A program made the position numbers and the translations under genes. DNA of 64,000 bases, taken from the NCBI GenBank assembly GCA_009914755.4, contig CP086569.2, positions 24,640,001 through 24,704,000 on the forward strand. Direction: 5' to 3'. Under the pieces are notes generated by a model that had not been told where the DNA came from, did no database searches, and saw only the letters and a program-made list of their open reading frames with translations. The first letter of the stretch is position 1. The number at the start of each line of letters is the position of its first letter. The DNA is from the human T2T-CHM13v2.0 reference genome, Homo sapiens. Below, in pieces: positions 27,076 to 39,753 of the stretch.

Positions 27076-30000
27076 CACCTACACATGGCCGATTGCCTCG
27101 CCTCTAGCACTGGGAATCAGTCACCGTGCTGTCCTTGTGGAGTCTTGTGGCCCAACAAGAGGAAGCTCTCCCCTGACATTGCCCCTCCAAAGTGCACCAC
27201 TTCCAGTGAGCCTCCCTGTCATGCCCGGCCTGTGGACAGCCAGCCCCCGCCATCCCTCCCACCCCCCACCAAGCATGGGGGTGCTGTGTAGGCAGCTGTG
27301 TGGCCTGACAGTCTCTACCAGTCCTGCTGTCCCTTGGCTGAGAATCAAACCCATTTCTGGATGACAGGGAATGTGTCCTATGCTGGCTGTGTTCTCTGTG
27401 GAGCTCACGGGAGGGAGAAGACCAAGCCATTTCTAGGGTGCTGTCAGGACCAATGAAAAGGTCACACTCTTTCCAAGAGACACTTTTCCTGGAAAGCCTC
27501 TGGAGCTTAGCTGGCTCTTATCCTGTGATAAGCCAGAGGCTCTGCGGGGTGAGGGAGCATGAACCCTCTTCACCCCACCCAACGGGGACCTGTATAACTC
27601 TGCCAGTCTCTCACTTGGCCTTGCTGCTGTCCTCTGAGACTGCCTATTCCTCCCTCTCTGTGACTCTACACCACCATCACCTCCTCCAGGAAGTCCTCTG
27701 GATTGACTCCTAGCTTATTACATCTTTATTGTGCAGACCCTCTCCATTCAAAGCCCCTCTTCAACTGCCCCCCACCGCCCCACCACCTCCAAGACAGAGA
27801 TTCTGGGTTCCTGCAACTGCAGCCCCTCAGAGAGTGTAAGAGGGTCAGAAAAAGGAGATTAGGAAATGAGGGAAGCAGCGCTGTCAGAGTTTCCAAAGCC
27901 CTGGCCAGCAAGGCATCAGAGGCCTCTGTTGGGGTGGGGGCCTCCCTGGCTATGCGCTCCAGCAGCACAAGGCAGCCTCTGTGAGCTTCTCCCGCTTAGC
28001 CCTACAGGAAGCAGGAGGGCCCAGCCTCAATGGACTGATTCAGACCCCAGCACTCCAGAAAATACCTCTGCTTCCTGCCACCATTCCACTCTGGCCAAAC
28101 AGCCTCTACTCTCTTCTGCTGGGAGGGGGCCACAGGCAGGTGGTTCAGTGGTTAGGGCCAACCATCTGCTTCAGTTCCTGTCTGGCCCAGATCCCTGATG
28201 TTGACCATGCCTTAGTGGGTGTATGTATACCTTTAGTGCAAGGGTGGTGTGACGGTTAATACTGAGTGTCAACTTGATTCGGTTGAAGGCTGCAAAGTAT
28301 TGATCTCCTGGGTGTGTCTGTGAGGGCGTTGTAAAAGGAGATTAACATTTGAGCCAGTGGGCTGGGGAAGGCAGACCCACCCTTAATACTGGTGGGCACC
28401 ATCTTTCTAATCAGTTGCTAGTGAATATAAAGCAGGCAGAAAAACATGAAAAGGCAAGACTGGCCTAGCCTCCCAGCCTTCATCTTTCTCCCACGCTGGA
28501 CGCTTGCTACCCTCTAGCATCGGACTCCACGTTCTTCAGTTTTGAGACTCAGATTGTCTCTCCTTGCACCTCAAACTTGCAGACAGCCTATTGTGGGACC
28601 TTGGGATTGTGTAAGTTAATACTTGATAAACTCCCCTTTATATATCTATATATCTATATTTATATCTATATCTGTCTATATCTCCTATTAGTTCTATCCC
28701 TCTAGGGAACCCTGACTAACACAGGTGGGTAGGCACAGGGAGATGTGCCCCCTTCCCTGTGGGTGCTGGGTAGGTAAATGTTTAGCAATGGGCTTTCTTG
28801 GGGAGAGGGAACCCTGATTTTCAGTATTTGCCTCTTTTCCTGGTATAAATATTCCCACTGTGGGCAGTATCACATGGCTCTCAAAATTCCTGAAAATTCA
28901 ACAGTTGGCTCCTGGCCACTGCTGTGAGCCGTTCCAGCTGGTGACTGTGGTGGCTCCATCCTGCAGGGCCATGTGTCCCCACCCCTTGTGCTATGGCCTC
29001 CCTCACTTTAGTGTGCTGTGTTTTGCTCTTAGGAATCAATGTCTTTGCAGATAAGGCACCCCAGTAGGTCACCACCTGCAGTTCCCTGGTCTGTCTCTTG
29101 CTGGCACCAAGCTGTGCTGTGCCTGCTGAGACTGCTGGGCCACCCCCACACAGATGGTCTGTGGGGCTTGCTTGATTCCCTTAGCTTCCCAGCCAAGGTG
29201 CTGGTGTTGCCAGCAGTGCTGGCAGGAGGAGGGGATAACTAGAGGGGATTTAACTCAACCCGAGGGGCTCTTACGGGATCTTTCCTTGATATCCCTGCAG
29301 GTGGGGCTGGCTGCCCTTAGGGCATAGAGACCTCCAACTCCTCCAATGGCTGAAGCTACTTCCTCGAGCAGATGGCAGCTGGCTCAGGCTGGCTAGGGAC
29401 CAGTGCATGTGAGGCCGGTGCTGGATCACCCCATCAAGGCCATCAGCCTGTGCTTGTTCTTGGGGTTTGAGGGAAACCCAACAGGGATGAATCACGGTTT
29501 TTAACCTGTGTTTGTCTGCCCCCCAGCCCTGGACAACTGCAGGCAAAGTCAAAGTTATATCTGGCTCTTGTCACCACAAAAGGCATAGACCAGAAATTAT
29601 GGCAGTGGGTTGGAAGTCAGGGAGGCTAATTTGGGGAAACTGCCTGGAGGAAGCAGCAACTCAAAAGAGGAGGAGTCCCAGTGTGGGACAGAACGGGCCT
29701 TGCACAAGAACCACTAACCCCAGGCAAGCCCAGACATGGCCTTCTGCCTGGAGAGGCCATCTTTGGCCTGCCCAGCAGACCCTCAGCCCCTCCTAGGCCC
29801 TGTATTCAGCCTCAGACTGAGTGGTGGCCTGGGGAAGTTGGGAGCTCAGCTGTTCTCATCCCTGGTTCCTTGGCCAAGGTGGAAACAATGGGGCCGGATC
29901 TGACTGCTCAGTGGGGACTGTGAATAGCTCTCCAGCAGGAAGCAACAGCAGGGGTAATGGAGGAAGTGTGGGCCCACTTTGGTTTGACACTGCATATGGT

Positions 30001-31487
30001 CCCCATCTGGCCTCAGAGCCTTTACTCCTTGGCAAACTCAGGCCAATAAGCTCCAGCCCCCACCCTCAATGGCAGCTGGAAGAATGGCCTGAGGGAGAAG
30101 TGGGGATAGGTGGGCCACACTGACATCACCCCCAGATACCAGCCATGGCCCCAGCCAATGCATGGAGGCGAGGCATGGCACAGCAGTTGCTGCACAGGAG
30201 CCCAAGCACAAGGGCACTTAGGAGAAGGAATCTGAGCAGGGATCAATCTGGCCTGGGGGTGATTCTCCAGAAACTCCATTCCTCAGGGCTGTGACCACCA
30301 AGCCAGGTGATCAGGCCAGTGATGTTTCCCTTTCAGCCAGGTCGGGGAGCCAGACCTGGGAGGGAGACTCCTCTGGGGCCCAGGGGATGCAAGTCAGAAC
30401 TGGCAGAGGCCTCTGGCTCCAGGAACCTCCAAGAAGGAGACCTGAGTTGCTGGGAATTTCTGGGTCTGACCTCCTGCAAAGTCAAGGTCTGGGCTGGACA
30501 CAAGGTGAGGCTGTGCCTTCTGGTGCCAGGACCAAGGAAATGTGGGGATCTGGGCAGTGCTCAGAGACAGCAACATATAGCAGAACCATGAGGGTGCACC
30601 AGCACGGACCCCTTTCTGCAACCCACCCATCCCTCCCTGCAGCACCTCGCCTCCTCCAGGCAAGAATCTGAGCCTTGACCACAGCTCCCTCTCTCACACA
30701 GCTTCCTTCTTTGGTGAGAACCACCTGGAGGTGACTGTGGCCATGGCTCTGACTGACATAGACCTGCAACTGCAGTTCTCCACGTCCCAACCCGAAGCCC
30801 TCCTTCTCCTGGCAGCAGGCCCAGCTGACCACCTCCTGCTGCAGCTCTACTCTGGACACCTGCAGGTGAGTGAGGGTGAGATTCCTTGTCCAGCTTTGAG
30901 TGAACCCCAGCTGGCTGTGTGACCTTGTGTAAGTCACCTTTCTTGGGGTTTCAAGTTCTCTACTGTGGGATGGGCAGCAGCAGCTCAGAAATGGTAAATC
31001 CTTCATGAACTGGCTCTGCTCACCAGCTCCCTCCAACCATGTTTCCCACCACAAGCCCTCACTGGCCTTTGTGCTCTGACTGCACTGAACTGCTTTCAGT
31101 TCCTGGCCATCTTATGGTCACTTGCTGCCAGTCCTTTGGTCATCACACTCCTCCTGCCAGGTGTGTGCCCCACCCATTCCCTGCACCTGCCTAACTCTAG
31201 CCTCTCCTTGAAGTTTCAGTGTGGGCATCCCCTCCTCCTGGGCAAGGCCCCCTCCTGGGCCCCCATGACCCCTGTGCTTCCCGGTGGCACTGCACCAATT
31301 TCTCTGCAGCACCACTGTCTGTCCATGACAGTAACAGCACCAGTACTGCCTCAGCTTCATTTTTCCATTTCATCCTTCAAGACACCACAAGCTTTATTAT
31401 CAAGGAGTCTTGTGGCTCCTTCTTGAGTCTTCCCCCATACCATAAAGAGTTTAAGAACCCAGGGTCTTAGTGCAAATTTGGGGCAAG

Positions 31488-31620
31488 CTGGGTGCAGTGG
31501 CTCATGCCTATAATCCCACCACTTTGGGAGACCAAGGTGGGAAGATCACTTGAGCCTAGGAGTTCAAGACTGGCCTGAGCCACACAATGAGACTCCATAT
31601 CTATTTTAGAAAGAAAAAAA
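31488..31620 (+). mobile_element. Alu monomer-like fragment (FLAM/FRAM-like) inside CSPG4P intron 1.
   Basis: Left-monomer sequence only, followed by an A-tail. Confidence 0.7.
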
Positions 31621-34600
31621 AAATTAACAAATTTGGGGCAGCCATCTCCTTCCGCACCCCAGTGGGAAGAGGACTAGGGCTTGGTCAGTCTGCTGCTGTC
31701 ATTGCTGCTCACTGCCACAAGTGTCACTGTTGAACACCTATGTGGTGCAGTCTGGCACTGATGGCTGTTGAGCTCTGTGGGTACAGTGGTGCCACATCCC
31801 TACAGAGATGCACCATACCAGGATTCCAAGATCATGGTTCTTAGTGTTCTGGTTCTGCAGTTCCCGTACTCTGCCATCACCTATTCTAGCACCTGGGAGC
31901 ACCACACCAGAGCCATTTCTTGTGTCAATGTCATGGTGACAGAACTATGTCCTTCATCTCTCCTTGAGATCTTCCTCCCCCACAGGACAGGGAGCTTTTT
32001 TTTCAGAACACAGAGCATCTGCCTGGGTTCCCTATCCCTGAACAGTTAGCCTGGCTTCCTTCAGTGACCTCAAGAAACTTTGCCAAACTTAGGGGGACTG
32101 ATCAAGGGATTCTCAGTTACCCATTATTCCAGGGGTGAAATCTAGATTCCAAGACAATATTTCTGGTGCTTCTCTCTCAAGGAAAGAGGAGGAGAATTTA
32201 AAAATACAGGTTGGGTTTCTAGAAGAGCATCTTGCTATATGTCAGTTCATTGTGGGCAAGGACCACATCTGATTCACATCAGGGTCCCCAGAGCCCATCC
32301 AGGCCTGGCCCAGAGTTTCCTTTGGTGAGTGTTTGGAGGATGAATAAAGAGATGGCAGGAAGGCAAGAGGAGTGGCACCAGAGGCCCTTGTCCTAGGTTT
32401 TCTGCTCTGGGGACCCAACTGTGGGGAACCCACTGTGCTTTTATAAGGGAAATGATGGATTCAAAGTGCTGCCCCCCATCTCCCATTCCCTGTCTCTCCT
32501 CAGGTCAGGGTTGTCCTGGGCCAGGAGGAGCTGAGGCTGCAGATCCCAGCAGAAATGCTGCTGAGTGACTCCATCCCCTACACTACAGTTCTGACTGTCT
32601 CAGAGGGCTGGCCCACATTGTCAGTCAATGGGTTTCTGAATGCCTCCTCTGTAGTCCTGGGAGCCCCCCTAGAGGTCCCCTATGGGCTCTTTGTTGGGAA
32701 CACTGGGAGCCTTGGCCTGCCCTACCTGAGGGGAACCAGCCATCCCCTGAGGGGTTGCCTCCATGCAGCCACTCTCAATGGCCACAGCCTCCTCCGGCCT
32801 CTGACCCCCGATATGCATGAGGGCTGTGCTGAAGAGTTTTCCACCAGTGACGATGTGGCCCTGGGCTTCTCTGGGCCCCACTCTCTGGCTGCCTTCCCTG
32901 CCTGGGGCACTCAGAACAAAGGAACCCTGGAGTTGGCACTCACCACACAGATCTGGCAGGCACCCTTGACCTTCCAGGCAGCGGGCTGGCATGGGGACTT
33001 CATCCATGTGGACATATTTGAGGGCCACCTGTGGTTCATGGTCGAGAAGGGCCAGGGTACTGTATTGCTCCTCAACAGTGTGCTTGTGGCTGACGTGCAG
33101 ACCCTCAAGGTCAGCATCCACATCAACACTCACCAGCTAGAAATCTCCATGGACCAGTACCCCACACGTACTTTGAACCGAGGAGTCCTCAGCTGCCTGG
33201 AGCCATGTGACAGTCTCCTTCTTGGGGAGCTGGTTGCAGAGGCCTCTCATCCCCTCCAGGAACACCACTGAGGCCTGACACCAGGGGCCGCCAATGCCTC
33301 CCTGCTGGGCTGGCTGTATGGAAGACCTCAGTGTCAATGGCCAGAGGTGGGGGCTTCGGGAAGCCTTGCTGACACACAACATGGCGGCAGGCTGCAGACT
33401 GGAGGAGGTGGAGGAGTATGAGGACAATACCTATGGCCATTATGAAGCTTTCTCCACCCTGGCCCCCAGGGCTTGGCTGTCCATGGATCTAGCTGAGCCA
33501 TGCATGCTTGAGCCAGGGCTGCCTCCTGTCTTTACCAATTTCACCCAGCTGCTGACTATCAGCCCAGTGGTGGTGACCGAGGGTGGCACAGCCGAGTGGT
33601 GGCATGTGCAGCCCATGCTGGCCCTGATGGAGGCTGAACTGCATAAATCCCAGGTGCTGTTCAGCGTGACCTGAGGGGCACACTACAGTGAACTCGAGCT
33701 GGACATCCTGGGTGCCCAGGCATGAGAAATGTTCACCCTCCTGGACATGGTGAACTGCAAGGTCTGCTTCATCCATGATGGCCCTGGTGCTGGAGGTGTT
33801 GGTGATGGCTTGGGTGCCCATGCCTTCATGCCTGCGGAGGGGCCAAACTGACCTCCTGCCCATCCAGGTCAACCCTGTCAATGACCCACCCCGTATCATC
33901 TTCCCATGTGGCAGCCTTATGGTGATCCTGGAACACACACAGAAGCCTCTGGGGCCTGAGGTTTTCCAGGCCTATGACCTGGACTCTGCCTGTGAGGGCC
34001 TCACCTTCCAGCTCCTTGGCACCTCCTCTGGCCTCCCTGTGGAGCACTGAGACCAGGCTGGGGAGCCGGTGACCCAGTTCTCCTGCTGGGAGTTGGAGGC
34101 CGACAGCCTAGTCTATGTCCACTGCAGTGGCCCTGCATAGGACTTGACGTTCCGGGTCAGCAATGGACTGCAGGCCAGCCCCCCGTCCATGCTGAAGGTG
34201 GTGGCCATCCAGCCGGCCATACAGATCCACTGCAGCACAGGGCTGCATCTGGCCCAGGACTCTGCCATGCCCATCTTGCCTACCAACCTGTCGGTGGAGA
34301 CCAGCACCGTGGGGCAGGATGTGACTGTGTTGTTCTGTGTCACCAGAGGCCTGCAGTTCAGGGAGGTGCAGAAGCAGGGGGCTGGTGGGGTGGAGGGTGC
34401 TGAGTGGTGGGCCACACAGTCATTCCACCAGCAGGATGTGGAGCAGGGCCACATGAGGTACCTGAGCACTAACCCACAGCACTATGCCGAGGACACCGTG
34501 AAGAACCTGGATCTGCAGGTGCAGGTGAGCTGGGAAATCCTGAGCAATCTGTCCTTCCTAGTGACCATCCAGAGAGCCACTGTGTGGATGCTGCAGCTGC

Positions 34601-35842
34601 GGCCACTGCACACTCAACACCCAGCAGAGGCCCTCACCACAGCCCACCTGGAGGCCACCCTGGAAGAGGCAGGCCCAAGCCCCCCAACCTTCCACTCTGA
34701 GGTGGTTCAGGCTCCCAGGAAAGGCAACCTTCAACTACAGGGCACGACACTGTCAGATGGTCAGGGCTTCACCCAGGATGATGTACAGGCTGGAGAGGTG
34801 ACCTATAGGGCCATGGCACATGCCTCAGTGGCAGTGGAGGACACCTTCTGTTTCCATGTCACAGCTCCACTATATTTCTCCCCACTCTGTACTTTCTCCA
34901 TCCATACTGGCGGTGACCCAGACATGCCTGTCCTCACCAATGTCCTCTTGGTGCCCGAGGGTGGTGGGTGTGTCCTCTCTGCTGACCAGCTCTTCGTCAA
35001 GAGCCTCAACAGTGCCAGGTACCTCTATGAGGCCATGTAGTGGCCCCGCCATGGGAGGTTGACTTGGTGTGGGGCACAGGACAAGACCACTATGGTGACT
35101 TCCTTCACCAATGGAGATCTGTTGCATGGCCAGCCGGTCTAGCAGCATGATGACTCCAAGATCACGGAAGATGATATGCCATTTGCTGCTGCCACCAGGA
35201 CCAGAGCAGTGGTGATGTGGCCTGGGAGGAGGTACGGGGTGTCTTCTGAGTGGCCATCCAGACTGTGAATGACCACGCCCCTGTGCAGAGCATCAGCTGC
35301 GTCTTCCATGTGGCCTGGGGTAGGTGGCAGCTGCTGACTCCACACAACATGGCCTTCAGCAATGCTGATTCAGGCTTTGTGGATGCCCAGCTGGTGCTGA
35401 CCCACAAGGACCTCCTGTCTGGCAGTATCATGGCCACGGATGAGCCCATGCAGCCCATCTTCTGCTTCATCCAGGAGGGGCCTCAGGAAGAGGCGAGTCC
35501 TGTTCACGCACTCAGGCTGACCATGGCTGGATCCTGCTGCATGTGTCCGACAGGCAGCACCAGGCCATCTTGGTGCTGGAGGTGCAGGCCTTGGAGCCTT
35601 ACCTCTATGTGGCCAATGGCTCCGGCCTCAAGGTCCCTCAAGGAGACCAGGGTACCATCAATATGGCCGAGCTCCACCTGGGCACCAACCTCGACATCCG
35701 CAGTGGGGATGAGGTCCACTACCACATCACAGACAGCCCTTGCTGGGGACAGTTGCTCCAGGCCACTCAGCCAGCACAGCCTTCGCCCAGAAGGACCTGC
35801 TGGTTGGGGCCGTTCTCTTTGGCCACAATGGCAGCCTCAGCT

Positions 35843-35920
35843 CCCGCAACACCCTGGCCTTCTCAATGGATGTGGGGCCTTCTCAATGGATGTGGGGCCT
35901 TCTCAATGGATGTGGGGCCA
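35843..35920. repeat. Tandem triplication of a unit of about 22 bp inside the CSPG4 pseudogene coding block.
   Basis: ccttctcaatggatgtggggcc repeated three times; functional CSPG4 has a single copy here. Confidence 0.85.
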
Positions 35921-38517
35921 GTGCACACAGACAGTGCACACGGTGCACTCTACAAGTGACCATTGCCCTAGAGGGCCCACTAGCCCCACTGAAGCTGGCC
36001 TGGCACAAGAAGATCTACATCTTCCTGGGAGAGGCAGCTGAGATCAGAAGGGACCAGCTGGAGGTGAGGAGCTGGGGGTGGTGAGTGGGGGTGTGGACCA
36101 GGTAGAGGGCCTTCCTCCCAGCCTCCCTGCCGGGAACACATGTGACTTGGGCTGTGCCTGTGGTGGTCCCAGGTTGCGTGTGTGCACGTGCCTCAGATGT
36201 GCTCCCATATATGTTGTGTTCCCAAGAGTTTCTGGGGAGCTTGCTGTACACCCATCCTCCGGGGAGTTGTGTGTGCCTCTAGAGGTGGTGCCCACTCATG
36301 TCCATGGCATGGCTGAGCATGCAGATTCCTGGACCCCACCCAGCCCTACAGAATCTCTGAAGTGGAGCCCGAGAATCTGCATTGCAGTCAGTTCCCTGGG
36401 AAGGCATCACGGGTCCTGAACTTTTGGGATTGCTGGCCGTGGAGACAGGCCACTGCCCCTCAGACCCCTGTGTACCCTGCTTTTTTCTCAGAGCCCAGAC
36501 CAGGACTAGGAGGGTCTGTCAAGGGCTTCTGCTCATCCAGGAACCCCACAGAACCCCACAGACCAGCCACAGGCCTTCCAGAGATCTCACTGACATGCCC
36601 TGTGACCTCAGGCCAGTCCTTGCCCACTCTCAGCCTTACTCTCCCACACTGCTCATTTCGGAGACCCTTCTGGTCTGCATCTGAGCGTGGGGCCCACGGT
36701 GAGCCAGCAGATCTGGCATCAGGAAGGTCTCATGGGAGGAGGCAGTGTTTGGGCTGGGCTCTGAAGAGCACAGGCCATCTGGAGCAGGGAATGGGGAGTG
36801 GTATTCCAGGCAAAAGGAACATTCCTGGCAAAGGCACAGAACAGGAATGTGAGTTTGGGGGCAGTTCACAGGGGAGGACCTGGTGAACTTCACTCAGGGA
36901 GAGGTAAGGGCCCCATTCTGCAGTCACCACTCAGATGCGCCCAGCCTCAGGTGGCCACTGTGCTATGGACATCATGTGGACATGGGCACCAGCTCCAGCA
37001 TCACTGTCAGCAGACACTCCCGGGCCTGCCATGGTCCAGGGCCCTGGTGTCCTGCCCTCCAGGAGTCATCAGGCTGGTGGGGCAAGTTCATGTTCCCAGA
37101 AGGAGGGAGAAGGATGCAGGAAGTTGGGGATACAGGTCCCTAGAGCAGGGCTGGGGTCTTGGGGTGTGGCTTCCAGAAGGAAGCTACAGCTGGACCCAAG
37201 GGTCTAGAGAGGGAGCACCATGTAGGGGCACTAGTGGCACCCCAGTAGCTGGTGAGGGGCAGTGCTTGGTGGGGGATGGAGTCAGAGGTGAAGCAGCTGC
37301 TGGGGCCTGTGGGCAGAGGTGTGAGCCTGGGGCTCAGATCAGGTGCCAGCCAGAGGCAGAGTGGATCCTAGGAGCAGATGAGCTGATGAAAGGCAGCTGA
37401 GTCAGCCAAAAGGGGGAAGCCACTGTTCATCTGTCCTGGTGGCTTCAGGGAAGAACTAGAGCTCTCAGCCATGGGTAGTGGCAGACTCTGTGTGGTAATT
37501 GTGCCATGGGGACCAGCCCAGTCATTGTTTAAATGAACACCTCTCCCCAAAGGCAGAACGGGAGTTGTTCCATAGCAGGGCAGAGCAGGGCAGACTCTTT
37601 GTGGGCCGTCCTGGGCAGGCAGCACACCTGATGCTCCCACCAGGAGACTGCGTGAGCATCTGGACCCAGCACATGATCACAGTGAGTTCTGGGTAGGGAG
37701 TGGTCTTGTGGGGCGCAGAGCTGACTCTGTCATTCAGGAGCCACGGCACGCAGCACTGCCTCAAGTACCTCCAGAGGGGTCCCACTGCCAGCCCTTGAAA
37801 ATGGCAGAGCCCACACCTAGCCCCCTTTTCAAGCTCCCTTGCTTGGGCAAGGACCTCCTGAGCCTGGCAGTCTCCCTCCTGAGAGGTGCAGATGGTACTC
37901 AGCAAGTGCAAAGCCAAGGTTTCTTGGGCCTCTCACATCAGTACCTCCCAGACCTGGGTTCTTTATTTCCCCAGAGCTCCACTCCTGCTATGGCACCCTC
38001 CCCACAATGAGATATTCATCAGGCTGGTGTCTACAGCTGCTGCATACCCTCAGTTGCTGGGATCCTTTGTCAAGAATGCCCAGGAATGAGGAGGGCATGG
38101 GACCAGACCATCAGCAACCCTCTTGCACTCTATAGTCCCACGTTACTCAGAGCTTCCCCATGCCCCAGCAAGATGGACTAGATTGAATGGTCACCAGGGG
38201 TCCAGGCTGGCAGTGCCACCCAGGAAAGCCGGGAAGAGGCTACATGGGCTACCTGGCCCACTCAGGGAGGAGGAGGGCAGGACTGGGTATTGTCTTGACA
38301 GCAGCCCTGTCCCACAACACTGAACTGGGCTGGGAAGGGGTCAGGTGTCCTTTTTCAGGTAAGAAAACTGAAGCTCCTGGAGGGCAGGTAACTGTATTCA
38401 GAGCACATGGCGAGTAAGAGGCAAAACTTCTGCTGGCAAGTCCAGGATTTCTGTCACCAGAGGACACTGCTTGCTCCCCAGAGCTCAGGACCCTGTGTTT
38501 TGTCTCACTCCCACTCC

Positions 38518-38760
38518 TGGAGGCCGAGACGGGAGGATCACTTGAGCCCAGGAGTTCGAGACCAGCCTGGGCAACATAGTGAGACCTTGTCTCCACACAA
38601 AAATTTTACAAATAGCTGGGCTTGGTGGTGGCACGTGCCTGTAGTCCTAGCTACGTGAGAGGCTGATGTTGGAGGATTGCTTTGAGCCCAGGAGGTGGAG
38701 GCTGCAGTGAGCAGTGATCACTGTACTCCATCCTGGTGACAGAGCGAGACCCTATCACTG
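38518..38760 (+). mobile_element. Alu, 5'-truncated.
   Basis: …ggaggccgagacgggaggatcacttgagcccaggagttcgagaccagcctgggcaacatagtgagacc…. Confidence 0.85.
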
Positions 38761-39066
38761 CCCCCTGCCCTGCCAAAAAGAAAACTGAGTAGACAGGTGT
38801 CTTCTTGGCATGATAGGTCCTAAGTCCCCTCCCAGATCTGTGACATTGGACAGGTGTCTTTTCCTCTCGACCTCAGTGTCCCCATCTGAGTGAGAAAAGG
38901 CGGTGGGGAGGGGGATCTTCCAGTTGAAGCGGCATAGAAGCCCGTGTAAAAAGCCATACTCCAAGGGGCTCCAAGTCCAGCACACAGTCCCAGCAGGGCC
39001 CAGCAAGGCAGCCAGGGTGGCACAGGCAGCAGGTCCCAACCTTCTTCCCTGTTTGTCCACTCTCAG

Positions 39067-39753
39067 ACCACGGAGTTCATCATCTCGGAGCCGCTGGCCA
39101 ATCTGTACTCATGTGGGGACCAGAACACACTGATGGAGGAGTTGGCAAAGCAGGCACAGCAGCGCGACAAGATGCTGTGCATGCACCACGCGCTGAAGGA
39201 GGCAAATGACATCAACAGGTGACATCAACAGGACCACCGTCAGCATGCCCATGCCCCCGCCTGTGGATGACACCTGGCTGCAGGTGCAGAGTGTCCCTGA
39301 GGAACACAGGTACCAGGGACTGGCCCCCATAGCCCCAAAGTCCCCCATCCGGGCCACACAGAGGAGTGCCCAGGGCTTAGTGGCACGCTCCCTCATGGGG
39401 TGGTTCCCACCTGGAGTAAGGGGTGGAGCTGGGATGTTCTCACCACTGGGGGCGGGGCTTAAGCTCCGGCGACTGTCTCTGGGGGTGGCCGGGGCTGGGG
39501 CGGGGCCTCAGGGGGGCAGAGCCGCCCATCTCTCCCCTCCCTGTGCCTTGCAGGTCACCCAAGTCCAGCCCCAGGATGCCCAGACCCTGCCATGTCCCTA
39601 GCCCGGCCTGGGTGGCGGGCCCAGCTCTTGGGCTTCCTCTTGCCAGGTCCACCCTTGGGGAAGCGTGCCCTGTACCCTCCAGGCTAGAGGCTTCCCCTGA
39701 TCCCTTCGGCCCCTACCCCACCAGGTGCACTCATGCCCCACCCGGGGTCTCCA
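39067..39753 (+). pseudogene. DNM1 (dynamin-1) 3' fragment pseudogene (DNM1P-type): GED-end exon and proline-rich-domain exons.
   Basis: 39067-39227 [50 protein letters not shown], with a 13-bp tandem duplication tgacatcaacagg at 39215-39240. Then …[22 protein letters not shown]…. Exon 39554-39753 …[21 protein letters not shown] matches the dynamin-1 PRD …[26 protein letters not shown]. Confidence 0.75.

Larger units (their letters stand above)
30704..36063 (+). pseudogene. Unprocessed CSPG4 (NG2 proteoglycan) pseudogene (CSPG4P-type): partial exon 1, retained intron 1, and a contiguous 3.56-kb coding block covering the laminin-G domains and the first CSPG repeats.
   Basis: 30704-30865 SFFGENHLEVTVAMALTDIDLQLQFSTSQPEALLLLAAGPADHLLLQLYSGHLQ|gtgagt. 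32504-36063 VRVVLGQEELRLQIPAEMLLSDSIPYTTVLTVSEGWPTLSVNGFLNASS… continues through …TIALEGPLAPLKLAWHKKIYIFLGEAAEIRRDQLE|gtgagg. There are several frameshifts and stops (for example R to * at 33269 TGA) and a 22-bp tandem triplication. Confidence 0.8.

Noticed and set aside
37499-37696. An ORF …AERELFHSRAEQGRLFVGRPGQAAHLMLPPGDCVSIW… between CSPG4P and DNM1P that briefly looked exon-like.
   Set aside because: I could not match it to CSPG4, DNM1 or any protein I recognise. It is probably intronic sequence of one of the duplicated parent loci.
36064-39060. Searched for further CSPG4 exons (AAQEAVPPADIVFSVK…) and upstream DNM1 exons (…IRNLVDSYMAIVNKT…).
   Set aside because: No convincing matches were seen by eye. 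The CSPG4 duplication seems to end in its intron 3, and the DNM1 segment begins at 39067. A blastx search is needed to be sure.
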